From the NCBI GenBank assembly GCA_965603825.1, contig CBFDEM010000062.1:434001-498000 (forward strand): a stretch of 64,000 bases of DNA. The letters are read 5' to 3'. Below, piece after piece: positions 34,211 through 47,970 of the stretch. The translations under genes were made by a program, and so were the position numbers. Source of the DNA: Blepharisma stoltei ATCC 30299. Its lineage: Eukaryota; Protista; Ciliophora. The notes beneath the pieces are model-generated. The model ran no database searches, had not been told where the DNA came from, and was given only the letters and a program-made list of their open reading frames with translations. Position 1 is the stretch's first letter; each line of letters opens with the position of its first letter.

Positions 34211-36667
34211 ATGAAGAAAAAGGTCAAACAAGAAATTTTGCAATGCAGCTTATTTAGCGACATATCAGCTTTGCTTCATGAACAATTTGTAGAATTCAAT
34301 GAAATAATTAACTATTTTGCTCAAGAACTAACTTCATTGCTGAACCTTGCCGAAATAAATAGAGCATTCAAACAAACTCATGAAGAATTAATTGAAAAAG
34401 CGAAATCTTCTCTTGCTTCAGCCTATGACTTAGAAGCTGAATTTTCAAAAGCTTTTCTCCATGCGGATTCCATTGCAAAAGACATGGACTCTTATATCTC
34501 CAAAGCAATCAAAAATATTCGCTTATCCCTAGATGATACCAAATTTATTAGAATGAGCACTAGTGAATATTTAAATTCAGAAACCTCAGAATTTACCCAA
34601 GAAATAACCCAAATTATCCACAGTTCTAGATGAAGAAAAAGAGTCCTAATATGAGAAGAAGACAATCACATTGCTACTGTTCAAGCGTATAAAAGGCCAC
34701 AGATTACAGTTGAAATCCGCTTTTCTAACTCTATTACGTCGAATTTTTCAGCCCTTGTACCTGAATTGCAACAAAGATGCACAGGGGCAAGAATGAAAGG
34801 AGTTCCAAGCTGCCGTGACAAGTTCGAGCATATTGAAAATTTATTTAACCATCATTCACAAATTCTGTGCAATATAAACCACTTACACAAGACATCATTG
34901 TATATTGGATTATATTTGGAGAAGCTGGAAAAATATTTTAAAGATCTAATGAAGCAGGGTGATTTGAAATTTAAAAAATATTATTATAAATCCATATTTT
35001 CAGACAAAGATAAGCTGGAAATTTGAGATATTGAGCATGAATCAAACTTCATTGACAGACTTATTCAAATCAGAAAACTAATAAAAGTCGAATATCTCAA
35101 GCTAGAAAGCCATATAAAGTATATTCCTCTACAGTTAAAATCATCAAGAGAAACATGCATTCCTTTAAAGTATGAAGAGTTTTCTTCAGAAAAAGATTCA
35201 TCAATCTTGCAAAAGTGCAATAATTTATTGCAATTTCTCAATAATATCATTCAGGCTATTGATTCTTGTACAGATCACAACTATAAACCTCCATCAGAAA
35301 AGCAAGAAGAGACCATTTGAAAATTTATTGAACTTTTTAAACCAGTAGTTGAAATTGGACTGAATGAGCTTAGAGAAGCTACTAAGACAAACTACGACTC
35401 TGAAGTTCTATTTAAAAAAAGAATGCAGAGCATTCCAGTCTATAGAAGTTTGCATATAAAATCTCAGCTTCTAAAAAGACTACAGCTCCATTCAATTGCA
35501 TCTAATCTTGTAGATTCAAGAAAGCAACTTATTGATGCAATGAAAATGACTATTGAAGAAACAGGTTTGGATATGCCACATTGAGAGAAAAGTATTAGGG
35601 TCTTATCAATTTCAGTTTTGAATATTAAGGCAATTGAATCCAAAGTAACTCATTCTTATACTCTTAACCATATAGGATATCATTCATATAATTCATCATG
35701 AGACTTAAAGAGCGAAAAAGAAAATCATCCAAACCAAGAAAATTATGTCGCAGAAATTTCTGATAGCTCAGAAAGCGAAAACAATAGCAGCTTTATAATG
35801 GATTTGAGCGAAAGCTCATTAGAATGTAGTATTCATTCAAATGGAGAATTTGTAGACCAAAATGCAGTTTCAGCTGTTAAGTCAAATAAGATGCTATATA
35901 AAGCATTAAAAAATTATCCGTCTGAAGAGAAAATCAAAGACAACAAAGCATTTTATTATATAAACAAATTAAATAAAGAAACCAAGGAAATACATTCTAA
36001 AGGAAAAAGTAGCTGGAAAAAGGAGATTATAAAGCTACGAGAAAAAGAGGACTCTAAGATTAGACTTGATATGATAAAAGATATTTACAATAGCAGAACA
36101 GAAAGAGAGAAGAAATTAGATCAATATTTACCTCAAGTCTCTCAGTCAAGTAATTTTAGTTTATCAAAAATCCAGTCGGAATCGATTTTAGATGACTATT
36201 CTGAACGGCTAGAAAAAGCAAAAAAAAGAAGGCAAGGTCTTAATACAAAAATGCTTTTATCATCTTTGGACATGGATAGGCTATCAATTGTAAAAGCTCA
36301 AAACCATCGATCTGAACTTGAATTATATAAAAAAATCCAAGATGAGAGCAGAGCAAAATCATCAAAATCCATAAGAAAAGGAACAAGAGAAATCGAAAGC
36401 GTGTCAAAACTGCTTAACAATTTAGAAGTATCCGATAAAATTAAAATCAATCGAGCAGTCACTTCAATGAAAAAATTCGCAGGAGGTAACTTGAGAAAAA
36501 GAGTAAGAAGTGTTCAGAGAGATAAAAGTGTATCTCCTCTATCGAAAATAAATAAAATACGACAGGAATTTGATTTATATAATAAAAGATCTGCAAGGGT
36601 TAATAAAACGTTAGCATCGAGTACTTTATGCAAAGATGGTGACACATTTTTAGTAAGTTTAAGATAA
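34211..36667 (+). CDS. Uncharacterised protein, 818 aa
   Basis: Three ORF-track fragments are in one frame. Only six UGA, and no TAA/TAG, interrupt 34211-36667. Confidence 0.75.
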
Positions 36668-36848
36668 CGAATGTTTTATTTAATATTAAAATATATTAGC
36701 AAAAAGTAACGTGAATTTTTAAATCAAAAAAAATTATAGTCCATTTCTATAGAGAGCATATAAAATATAATTATATCATAATCTCTCAAATGAAATCGAT
36801 CCATTATTTAGAATCACAAATATTAGATTTCAAGCATTAATTTAATTA

Positions 36849-37070
36849 TTAACTAGATGATAAATTTGATCTTTCTTCTGATAATTCAGCTTCACTAGAA
36901 GGCTCAATGGGAGATACTGCTAAACTTCGGTTTACTTCGACAGCCTCATTAAGCCGTTTTTGAAAATTAGAAATAGCTGAAGGTATTGTAGGAAATTCCA
37001 TGTTTTGCAAATCGTCCATTATCACTTCCAATGTATTGTTCTCTTTCATTCCTTCTAACAAATTTCCCAT
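36849..37070 (-). CDS. Small uncharacterised protein, 73 aa (MG- start)
   Basis: ATG-to-TAA ORF with coding-like composition between AT-rich spacers. Confidence 0.55.
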   Translation of the reverse strand: MGNLLEGMKENNTLEVIMDDLQNMEFPTIPSAISNFQKRLNEAVEVNRSLAVSPIEPSSEAELSEERSNLSSS

Positions 37071-37142
37071 TAAAAATTCGATTTTATAAGACCGATATCA
37101 TATGATATTATAAAATTATCTATGCTATATAAAATTCTTCAA

Positions 37143-38162
37143 TTACGATTTACCACTATTAGGCTGTCGACGGGGAGACTTATCAGTGTTTCCATATACT
37201 AATTTGGTGAGCTTTGATATTTTTCTGCTTAATTTTTCCTTCATTTTCATCTCAGTATTCAGATTCCTTTCCAATTTCCTTGCTTCTTTAGAAAATCTCC
37301 CTCCTTCTTCTTTATATGCTTCAAGAGATATTAATGTATCTTTAATTTCTTTTTCTTTATCTAATGCTTCTTTTGACATTGCCATCAGCTTTTCTTTTAA
37401 TTTCAAAATTTCTTGGCTTCTTATTTTTTCCTTCTGTTTGTGACTGTTCTTTGTTTCATTTAAATCAGTAATTAATTTTAATATTTCAGCTTGAGTGCCG
37501 TCAATTTCCCTCTTACAGTCTTCATGCTCTTTTTCTTTTTGTTTATTTAAATTTTGCAACTCTATATTATAATGATCTTTCATATGAAAAATGCTTACTC
37601 TCAAGCTAGGGATTTCTTCTTGAGTTAGGACTCGATTTCTCTCTTTTAAAATTTCTAACTCTTTTTTTATTTCTTTATTTTCAGACTCCATATGCAGACA
37701 GACATGTCTTAGCTCTTTTAACTGTTTTTCTAATTGAGCCTTCTCATTACTGATTTCTGTTCTTATCTTATCCAAATTCATATTTTTTTCGTCAATTTGT
37801 GTATTTATTGAAGAAAATTGCTTTTTGTGTGCTTCTCCAAATGTTTGAATTTTGATTTCATAAGAGAGTTTTAAATCATTAATTTCTTTGCTGTAAGAGG
37901 ACTTTTTATTCTCAATATGATCTTTTAGCCTTTCAATTTCTCTTTGTAAAGAATCTAGTTGAGCGAAATAATCGAATTTCTCATTTTCTTTATTATACCG
38001 AAATACTTTTTTCTTGCTATTGATTTGGTTATTCTGTAAGCTTTTGCATGAGATTGATTGAGATGAACCAGTTGGGGTTTGATTTCTTTGGAATTCCGGG
38101 TTAAGAGTATATAAGTCCGGAATATTTTGATTTATTCGTTGAGGTCTGTCAAGATTCGTCAT
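37143..38162 (-). CDS. Coiled-coil protein, 339 aa
   Basis: Long open frame with E/K/L-rich heptads. Confidence 0.75.
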   Translation of the reverse strand: MTNLDRPQRINQNIPDLYTLNPEFQRNQTPTGSSQSISCKSLQNNQINSKKKVFRYNKENEKFDYFAQLDSLQREIERLKDHIENKKSSYSKEINDLKLSYEIKIQTFGEAHKKQFSSINTQIDEKNMNLDKIRTEISNEKAQLEKQLKELRHVCLHMESENKEIKKELEILKERNRVLTQEEIPSLRVSIFHMKDHYNIELQNLNKQKEKEHEDCKREIDGTQAEILKLITDLNETKNSHKQKEKIRSQEILKLKEKLMAMSKEALDKEKEIKDTLISLEAYKEEGGRFSKEARKLERNLNTEMKMKEKLSRKISKLTKLVYGNTDKSPRRQPNSGKS

Positions 38163-38344
38163 ATTTGAATTGGATTTCGAAATTATTCATCTCTATACTT
38201 TATGTGTTTAAATGATAAATACTGAGCTTTAATCGTTCAAAAAAATTCATTAAATTTCTCCATAGTTTAGTTGGTGACTTTAGCTTGTTTTAGACTCAAA
38301 ATTATTATATTTCATATAAATTTAAATTTATTCGTGTCGAGATT

Positions 38345-38545
38345 TTAGCTATGCTTCTTCCTCTTATTTTTTATGAGTTCGTCAATAAAATGCAAGAGAT
38401 CTTCTCTTTGCCCAAGCTCATCCTCTAAATTTTTAATGTCTCCTTCTACAGCTTGAAGTCTTTGTCGTAATTTACCAACATCCAACCCCTGAAGCTTTTT
38501 TCTTGCTTCATCTTCAAATTGGCTGCTTCTTTTTTGTACTTCCAT
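38345..38545 (-). CDS. Small coiled-coil protein, 66 aa
   Basis: ATG-to-TAA ORF with heptad pattern and basic tail KNKRKKHS. Confidence 0.55.
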   Translation of the reverse strand: MEVQKRSSQFEDEARKKLQGLDVGKLRQRLQAVEGDIKNLEDELGQREDLLHFIDELIKNKRKKHS

Positions 38546-38743
38546 CTATTTTATTTTATAATTATTTAAATAACTATTTATCCTGATTGAAATCCAAAAC
38601 AAAATTTTACTGCTTTTATGTGAAAAAGTCAATAATCTTAAAAAAATTACAAAGCAGCCGACACATAAAGACAAGCAGACAAAAAATAAACAAGCAATTT
38701 ATTAATTGCTTCTTGATCTAATTTCATATTATAATTACTGCTT

Positions 38744-41700
38744 TTATTTGAACTCAATGAAATAGCTCTTGTGCTTTCTTTTAATAGACTTTGCTTCAAT
38801 TTCTTTATTGAATTCATATGAAAACATTGATGGATACCTTTCTTCCAATATTTCTCTTGTAATATCGCTAACATTAATATAGCCTGCCAATCCTCCACTT
38901 TCCATTTTATTTGCTATTAACACATCAGGGCCATATATATCATATCTAACAATAGTAGTTCCAATGATCCCTGCAATTACTTCGCCAGTATGCAATCCAA
39001 TTCTCATTTTTAATTGGCTATTATTTTCTCTATTAACTTCTTCAATAATTTCTATCATGGCTTTCGCCATATTAATCATATTTAAGCACTCTTGTGCTGG
39101 ATCTCTTGACTCATTGCCATTATATCCCATAACTACATAGCAATCTCCAATAGTATGGACTTTATAGACATTATGATTTACGCACATTTTATCAAATCTT
39201 GTAAACAGTTCAGAAAGCATCCCTACTACATCTTTCGGAGTTTTATTAGAACTCCAAGCTGTAAAGCCAACAATATCAGCAAATAGCAAAGTTACCCGAA
39301 ACAGCCTATCTGTAATAGCTTTTCCTTGCTTCATATTTTCTACTACATGAGGCGGCATCATTTGTGTGAGTAGCTTGTCAGTCTTTTCTATTTCTTTCTC
39401 AGCTAATTTCTGCATATTAAAATAAGTCCTCAGATTTTTTTCTCTTCCATATGCTGCTGAGGTGTTTATAATAGAAAACCCTAAGACAAGCAGCGCGTTT
39501 GCTATGTTTAACGATGGATCTGAGTTAAAAAACGCTATAGTGACTCATGGGATGAAAATCCCTAAGCTTGACCAAATAATGAGTGCTATATTAAGGGCTC
39601 CTGTAAAATTAAGGATCAAGATAATATACATGATTTCTAATGCTATTAAGTCAACAGGTCTCTTTGTGTCATTTGTAATATAAAATAAGGTATTGAGGAC
39701 CATCGTAAATAAAATAGCCATTAGAACAATTGGATAAATTCTTCTGATATATATCTTCTTATAACCCAAAAATAATACTAAAAGCGTTGCTACGATTACA
39801 GAGCGACATAAGATATTTTCTTTCTGAGAATAATCAGAAAGCAAAAAATACTCAAGAATGCAGAAAAATAAGAGTATAGATGAATTTATCAATGCTATAA
39901 GCAGGCTGTAATGCATCATAGCTTTGTTATTTAGCAATTTATCACGTCTGAATTTTCTTTGAAAGGCACTTTCTTTGCACTGAAAATCAAAAATATTGAT
40001 TTTTTCTAATATTTCTGCTTCGTTTTGATGCAAAAACTCTGGCTCTATGTTAAGTTGTGTCAGTCTTTGGGTGCTTCTGCCTTTTCGCTTTGGGCTTTGC
40101 GGGCTGCTATTATTGCTATCGTGCTCGTGAAATTGGAGTGATATTTTTCTGAATAAAGAATTGTTTCCTGGGGTTTTAGTATCAGGACTTAGCTGAATTG
40201 TTTCAATTTCATCTGAATTCTGCTGTAATCCTTCAGATACTATAAATGTGTCAAGAATTCCTTTGCCTTTAGCTTCAACCCTATTATTTATAAATGCAAG
40301 TCCTTTATAATCTCCTATCAAATCATAGGTTTCCTTAGAGATTTGTATTTTATTGTATTCTTCAAGGGTTGAACACATTCTACTCGCAGTATTAACAGTA
40401 TCCCCTACAAGAGAAAATTGGGGTTTATGATACCCTACAACTCCAGCAGTAACCTCGCCACTATTAATTCCAATTTTTACTTTCAACAAAGATCCATTTT
40501 TTAGCCCGACTGTTTGTACATGAGAAATCATTGCAAAAGCAAGCTCAATTGTTCTTCTAGCATGAGACACTTTTTTAATATAATCTTCCATTTCTAGCTC
40601 ACTGTCCTTTAGTCCAGCACATGCCATATACGTTTTCCCTACAGTTTCTATTTTAGTAACTCCAATAGCAGTGCAAAACTGATCAAATTTTTGAAAAAGC
40701 TCATCTAAAAATGTTGTCAACTCAATTGGTGTATACTCAGAGCAGATTGTGTCAAAATCACAAATATCGCAAAACAGTATCGTAACGGTGCCCTGGTCCT
40801 CAGCAATATAACGAGCTCCTTCTTTTACTCTTTTTTTAACAAAGGCTGGCAATAGAAAGCTTAAAATTTCTTGTGTTTTTTCGATTCCCATTTCTTTTAT
40901 CCGAGTGTATTTATATTCAAGTCTTTTAGTTCTATCCAAGACATATCCAACAATTGCAGAAGTAAATGTAATTGATGCATTTATAGTGATGAAACTAAGA
41001 ATTATCAAAGCAGCTTCTGTAGCACTCATATTTTGCTCAGCGTATGTGTATGATATAGATATAACGTGCAATATTAAGTTTTGAGCATTTAGAAAGGTTA
41101 TTAGATACCAGTCTACATTAAAAAGAATATATGTTAGAGATGGCACGCAACCTGTTGCTAAGGGTCCTGCTTTTGCATAAGCCATTTCAGTGCCGAATTT
41201 AACTAGAATCCCAATAAAAATAATTATTAACGTAAATTCCAAATAATTATTTTTAAAATAATCAGTAAAAACAATAATCAAAATTATTGTGAATGCGATG
41301 CACAGTATAATTCTCATTAAAATATATGAAAGCGTTACTGAGAGCAGAAATGATTCTAAAAAGGTTCAAATTATAAGCAAAACCCATAATAAGCTTACAA
41401 TAATTTTATAATATGTAAGGTTTTCATGGATATATCCTTCACTATAAAGCTTCTCTATATATGGTGTCAAAAACCTAAGCGTGAATTTATTCATCTCAAA
41501 AGCTTCTTTTTCTACATTACTCTTTGTATTGCTAGTAGGTTTATACGCTTTAACTAGACATGTAGAATATTCTTCTAGTCTCAAAAACTTATAAAACAAA
41601 GGTCGGCCAAATGACATCCGCTTAATTTTTACCAGTAGGTTTGGATGAAAAATAGTTTTATAAGCAAAGTACATCAATGAAGTCGTCACACATACCAAAG

Positions 41701-44700
41701 GAAGCAAAAATATGAGCATCAGTGACACAGAAGAATTTCCAATTTGTTCGCCAACCCCATATAAGTCATTATCACTAAAATCTATAGCAGTAACAATAAT
41801 AATTGCACATATCAGCAAAACTATTGACACAAAATGAGTGGCTACATATATAAATCCAATAGCATAAGTCTGTATCCAAATCTGAATAAGGACCGCAAAA
41901 ACTGTCGCTATATACAAGCTAGTCCCTATCAGACTATAATCCTCCACAAACCCTGCGTTATTTTGAATTCCACCAAATGCATACATTCCAAATAAAGAAA
42001 TAAAGAGGCCTTGGCATATTGCAAAAGCTATACATTCTATAAATCTCCAAGCATTAAAGTGAACACATTTTATTCCTTCTGAATAAATTTGAGGGTATTC
42101 CCTAATTTGGAAATTTGGCAGAGGATCATCAAAAACGCTCATAACTATAATGGGAAGAGTTGTAAAAAAGATATTATAGCCAACTAATAGAGTATCATTA
42201 AATATTGACGTGTCTGAGTAATCAGTGTATCAAATATATACAAATGTAATCATTGTTAGCACAAAATTTTTGTAAAAAAATAGCAAAACTCCTCTTGACA
42301 TTTTGTTATAATTCCAGTAGCCATGGAAAAGGAGCAGGTCTTCAAGCTGGGAGAAATTTTTTATGACGATTTCACTATAGTTTGGAGCTTGGCTTTCTTC
42401 TTTAGAAAGAACTCCAACGCCGATATCAGCTTCTTGTATCATCGGAATATCGTTATTTCCATCGCCAACTGCGAGAGTTAAAGGTTTGAACTTCACGTTT
42501 TCTTTCAAAAGTTTTACGACAAGAGCTTTATCTCTGGGGGTTAGTCCATAGAAGCAAGCAGACTGAGAAGCCAATAATAAACAGACCAAGAGCTTTCGAG
42601 ACTCTTCATCGTTCATGGCTGTTGATAAGGAAGCACTGTCTATTGAGATAGAAAAATCTACTGAAAAAGGGATGAAAGGTCTGTTCAAAAAAGCGTCACT
42701 GATTTTCTTTTCTTGCTTAGAAATATCTTGGAAAATCGGATGCACTGCAAGCATCTTTTCAACTCCATTCATAGCTACAACATTATCTGCATCTTCATTT
42801 TCATGATTTTCCCATATGGTATGACGAGGAGCATCATTTGCTTCCAACAGACTAAAATTTCTTATCTCATTAGCTGGCTTTCTATAAACTGACTGCTGCT
42901 TTCGTGACCTCGCGACAGAGCCCCACCTGGCAGCTGATGCCTTTCTTGAAACCGCAACTGAGTTATCTTTATATATATGTGTTAGAACTCCATTTTGCAG
43001 TGCTTTTGTACAGAGAAATTGGTTAATGAGATCATGAATTTTAAATAAAGTGGTTTCTCGGTTAATGATATGCGCCTTATAAGCAGTCGTAACAGTGGCT
43101 GCTTCACTGTCTCCACTTAATACCCATATTTTTATTCCTGCTCTTTTTAGATTGTCTATAGCATTTTGTGTTTCTTGAGTGACTATATCTTCAATTCCAG
43201 CGGTTCCGAGAAAGACTAAATTTGACTCAAGTTCTTGGTATACACTTTCAATTCTCCCTTCACGATTTATTGGGAAATTTTTGCAAGAGTCAAGCTTAGC
43301 TAAAAATTCGTTATAGTCATCTTTTTTTAGAATTCGGAAGCCAAGAAGAATTGTACGCTGTCCTAATAATTGCAAGGCTAATGATTGCTCTTCTATATCA
43401 TATTTTAATTGTGGGGATATATTGAAAAGAGGCAGCATTTCTGATACCGATCCCTTTACGTAAAGAGTGGCAATATCATGATCTTGTTTTTTTACTAGTA
43501 TCCTTGATTTTCTGTTTTCAGAAGAAAACGGTGAAGACGCAAGAATTTGAAAGCATTCCTTTGTACCATGCATTTTTAGCACACAGCTATCATTATTTCG
43601 GCTTATAAGGTTGATTCCCAGTTCATCAGCAGCCTCCACAAGTGCATTTTCGTCCATGCTGGTCCCAACAAATTCACTATTAGCATCTTGCCCAGGAACT
43701 GTATTATTACAAAGTGCCATACATTTCACAAATTCGTAGAGCTTCGTCCCTTCTCCCGAAAGCGTCAAATTTTCATACAGCTTCTGAAAGTTGAAAGAGG
43801 ACCCAGTTTGAAGGAAATCTGAGTTATTTTTTTCGCTTACGTAATTTGTAGAGTCGTGGTTATCTTGTGTTGAAACATAGAGTCCTTTTTCTTCATCATT
43901 AAGATTTATGCTTAAGTCGCAGCTGTATGGGTCTTCTCTGCAATATTTAGTGTTTTCAATGATGCAAGTCTGCAAGCACAGCTTGTTTTCTGTCAAAGTC
44001 CCAGTTTTATCAGCTAAAATGTACTCTACTTGTCCTAAATCTTCATTGATATCTCCAGTTTTGAAGATGATTTCTTTATTTGAATCTCTTTGTATGAAGT
44101 AGAGCTGAATAATTCTGATGATGTCCATTGTTACAAATAAAGAAATAGGAGTGATATTGTTATAAAGGAGGGTAAAGCTTATATAGGACTCAAATGGAGT
44201 GTCAGTATCGTCAGTTGTAGAAAGAACAAAGTGGGCTAAAACAGATCAGCTTACCATAATCAAAAGAAACATCAAAATATAAATCACATACTCATTCACT
44301 TTCTTTTCAATTCTACTCGTCTTTTTTGGCGGGGAACGAATATTCAATTGCGTTTTAGTCTCTTCTCCTGCATAAAGCACAATCCCAATTGCCCACTTCG
44401 AGCCTAGTACTGTGCTTCCCCGAAATATCAAATTATCTAAAGATAAATCAATTGATTTCGGATGCCCTTTTAAACTAAGAATCCCATGAAAGCTGCAAAA
44501 ATCACTGTTGGGTTGTTCTATTCTTATTAAGCCAGAAATCTTTTTAATAATAAATTCTCTTTCCATTGTTTGAAACAGCTTCTGAACATCACTGACAGCT
44601 ATTTTCTTTTTTAAGTTAGTTTCTCCAACAACCCCAGATGCTCTGACATAGCAAGCCCCATCTTTGCTTTCGGTTGCAATAAGCAAAATATCAGCTGGAG

Positions 44701-45124
44701 CTTGCTGCTGCGATTTCAATAAAAGAATATGGCCGACGAGGATGTCTTTGCATTTAATGCTTTGTATTTCTGAGCCATTTCAATAATCATAATCACTTGA
44801 ATTAACTTTGATGTCATCCTTATGTCGAAAATAGTCATTATAAGCATCTTTTAATAATGTAAAAAAGATCAAAATCCCAAGTGGGGCTATTGTTGTCCAA
44901 GAATTGGTGGGATTTAGCTGGATAGGGATCAATTGAAAAACTGAGACAAGTAAAAATCAAATATTTGATGTTCTTTGAAATTGCTCAAAAAGGTTTTTTG
45001 GGAGAAAGCTTGCTAAGGTGTATCTCCCAGAACTCACTTCATTTCCCATAAAAAGTGATGATATTATTGGAGAGCTCCCTGATAACTCAATCTCTCTCCA
45101 GTTTTCATTACTTATTTTGGCCAT
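38744..45124 (-). CDS. Bifunctional P4-ATPase-like / guanylyl cyclase (alveolate-type GC), 2126 aa
   Basis: One frame from ATG 45124 via UGA codons. ATPase half: PISL, ADKTGTLT, GDGNND, FFYKN. Then a TM block, cyclase domain 1 (KIETVGKTY, QFSLVGDTVNTASRM), a second TM block, and cyclase domain 2 (FADIVGFT, TIGDCY, RYDIYGPDV). Confidence 0.93.
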
Positions 45125-45488
45125 TTTAAGTCTTAATATTCAAAAGGAAGTAAATTTTATAAAAATGTCAAGTTATTGGGACTTGCTAATTTGCTTCACA
45201 TATTAATTGTGGCTGGAATTAATTTAAGAGCTAGAAATTAATTATGGGAAAATTAAATTAGTCTTTTTGATAATTGTATTTTTCGAATTATAAAGGTAAT
45301 TCTGAGTTCTGTTTTTGCTAATTAATATATGCTAGTGGCATTTCTTTAGAAATACTTCATTATTTGATATAATTAAGATCCTTATAAATAAAAATTATAT
45401 CAATATAAGAGTATCTATCAAAGAATTGTATTTTTTCAAATATTGACAATATAATTTATTTCTCTTCTTTAATAGGATTATAAGGCAT

Positions 45489-46136
45489 TTATTTAGTCAA
45501 AATTCGAGCACTTGAATTGCATTGATAAAGCTTGGATTTTCTTTTTCATATAGAGTCTTCATATAGCCGCAAATACGCAGGTTTGCTCCCAGGCTGCTTG
45601 GATTTGCTCTTTCCTTCAAAAATAGGAAACTCTGCTTCAAATTCGCTCAAATAATCAAATCTCTTTTTTATGCTACTTGCATCACTAAAGGTTTTTAAGG
45701 AACTCTCTGGATTCTCGTGGATCGGTGAAATACCTCCAACTAAAGGTTTAGGACTCTGACTTCTGAGTGGCGAAAAAGAAGTTCATTTCGTTTTACTAAA
45801 TTGCTTACGTAATCCTTTTTCAACAATTTTTCTTGGGTTTAAATTTCTCTCGTTATAGAGTCGATCCACAATTTCCTTTGTTTTGGCTTTACTAATTGTT
45901 TTTGGTTTGCCCTTTGTAATTTCAGTCATAAAAGATTGCTTAAATAGTCTCGGCGACACTTGATTCAACAAATTTTCGTAGTCATATGCGTTCTTGTCTG
46001 GAGGAATTATAGGCAAACTTGGTATTTTTAAGATTTTTGGAGCCAATTTTGATGCATTCTGCTTTATTTCAGTTTTCAAAAATTCAGAATTTTTTTCCTC
46101 AAACTCAATTTCTTCATATTCATCAAATATGGACAT
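45489..46136 (-). CDS. Uncharacterised protein with two 'RLY' motifs, 215 aa
   Basis: ORF 45783..46136 continues through two UGA to TAA 45489-45491. Motifs IVDRLY and AYLRLY. Confidence 0.65.
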
Positions 46137-46186
46137 TTATAAAAATTAATTAAAAAATATCAATTTATATCAAGAAAATTGTTAAT

Positions 46187-46711
46187 TTATATATTTGCAT
46201 GACGTTTTTGTATATGTTTCTTCAGCTTATATTTGTTATAAGCCATATATCCGCAGAGCTTACAGTTGACTCTTTTTGCTGTTTCGTGTACTTGTTCATA
46301 GTGGAATTTCAATGCATACTTGTGTGTAAAAAGCTTTCCACATACGCTACATATGGAATTTTTTGCATTAGCTGTATGCTTTTTCCCTACATGCTGGTTC
46401 AAGCCTTGACGACTTTCGAAAATTTTGTGACAAGTGGCGCAACTGTAAGGCTTTTTTAAGTCTTGCTCGCCATAGTATTCGCCTTTTGGTGAAGGCGTAT
46501 TAGGGTCTAGGCCTAATTCTGTATTAAGAATTGTAATCATTTCCCTTTCAATTGCGAACTCATTGATCATATGGTCTCTCAATATCATTAAACTATTGAA
46601 AGATTTGCCGCATAAGTCGCAGAAGCTTAGTATTTTGTTCCTTGATTGAAGGTTTGCTGCTTGAATTAATAATTCGTCTCTTATGATGTTTGAAACTTTT
46701 ACCTGTTCCAT
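46187..46711 (-). CDS. C2H2 zinc-finger protein, 174 aa
   Basis: CATC..HVGKKH, CSVC..HYEQVH, CKLC..HIQKRH, plus one degenerate finger (CDLC..H). Confidence 0.9.
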   Translation of the reverse strand: MEQVKVSNIIRDELLIQAANLQSRNKILSFCDLCGKSFNSLMILRDHMINEFAIEREMITILNTELGLDPNTPSPKGEYYGEQDLKKPYSCATCHKIFESRQGLNQHVGKKHTANAKNSICSVCGKLFTHKYALKFHYEQVHETAKRVNCKLCGYMAYNKYKLKKHIQKRHANI

Positions 46712-46865
46712 CTTTTAAATATAAGAGAGTCATTTTACAGAGTTTTTATCACCATATCTATGGTGTTAGCAAAATTTTATTCTCTTTAACCATATACGTT
46801 TTTTTTTAAAGAAAAAGGTTTATATGATATAGTATCAGTCTTTTTACCTTCTGAATCGTTGATAA

Positions 46866-47852
46866 ATGCGTAATTATATATTCACAAAGATGATAAGAGC
46901 TATTTACGGAGAACTCGGGCAGCAAAAAGGAGCCAATGGGAAAATTTCAATCATAGGTGGATGTCTTGAGTACACAGGAGCTCCTTATTATGCAGGAGCT
47001 TCGTGCTTGAGAGCGGGAGCTGATCTTGCACATGTTTTCTGTACTTATAATGCTGGAATTCCGATTAAATGCTACTCTCCGGAACTCATAGTCCATCCAG
47101 TCCTAAAAGCTGCAAACGAAAACCCAGAGCTTTCTGACAAAAGTGTGTGGCCTAAAGCCCTAGAAGAAATCTATGGAGAAGTGTCTAGATGGTATCCTTC
47201 AATGCATGCATTTATTGTAGGCTGTGGATTAGGAAAAGATGAATTTTTAGCAGATCATCTCGCACCAAGACTCCTGACTCTTGCAAAAGAGCAAGGAAAA
47301 ATCATTGTAGCTGATGCTGATGCGATCACAATTCTGTGCAAAAATATTGATATTTTAGCAGGATATCAATCGGCAGTGATAACACCAAACCCGAACGAGT
47401 TCAAACGACTGTGGGACGCTTATATCAATGAGCCTTTGCCGAATCAAGAATACAGATGCTTAGAAAGAGAAATAACAGAACTTCCAGCTAGCGATCCAAT
47501 GGTATCAAGCAGTGTAAGGCTTGCAAGAAGACTTGGAAATATCATCTTCCAGAAAGGACAAATCGACATAATCACAAACGGTGAAAAAGTTGTATGCGTA
47601 AGCACTCCAGGAAGCCGAAAAAGATGTGGAGGACAAGGTGATATTTTAGCTGGAATCATAGCTACTTTAAGCCACAACGCGACAAGAAACTCTTTAGAAA
47701 TGATTGATGGAGTTGTCGCAGCTAGTATGCTTATGAAGAGATGCGCTTATGTTGCTTTCTGCAAAAGAGGAAGATCGCTAACAGCACCAGATATTATAAA
47801 AGTGCTGCCAGAAGTTGTAGCGGAAGCACTGTCTTTAGATCCTAGCTTATAA
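46866..47852 (+). CDS. NAXD: ATP-dependent (S)-NAD(P)HX dehydratase, 328 aa
   Basis: KGANGKISIIGGCLEYTGAPY, GADL, IKCYSPELIVHP, GCGLG, DADA, ITPNPNEF, RCGGQGDILAG. The start could be ATG 46890. Confidence 0.93.
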   Translation: MRNYIFTKMIRAIYGELGQQKGANGKISIIGGCLEYTGAPYYAGASCLRAGADLAHVFCTYNAGIPIKCYSPELIVHPVLKAANENPELSDKSVWPKALEEIYGEVSRWYPSMHAFIVGCGLGKDEFLADHLAPRLLTLAKEQGKIIVADADAITILCKNIDILAGYQSAVITPNPNEFKRLWDAYINEPLPNQEYRCLEREITELPASDPMVSSSVRLARRLGNIIFQKGQIDIITNGEKVVCVSTPGSRKRCGGQGDILAGIIATLSHNATRNSLEMIDGVVAASMLMKRCAYVAFCKRGRSLTAPDIIKVLPEVVAEALSLDPSL

Positions 47853-47970
47853 ATTTATAGCAAGAAATCTATGTTTTTGAAAATATTAAAGGTCTGATTT
47901 CAATATAAGTTTAGTTTTTGTTAATTGATATTTGCTTCTGAGATAATTTTAATATTTGTAGCCAATTGAA

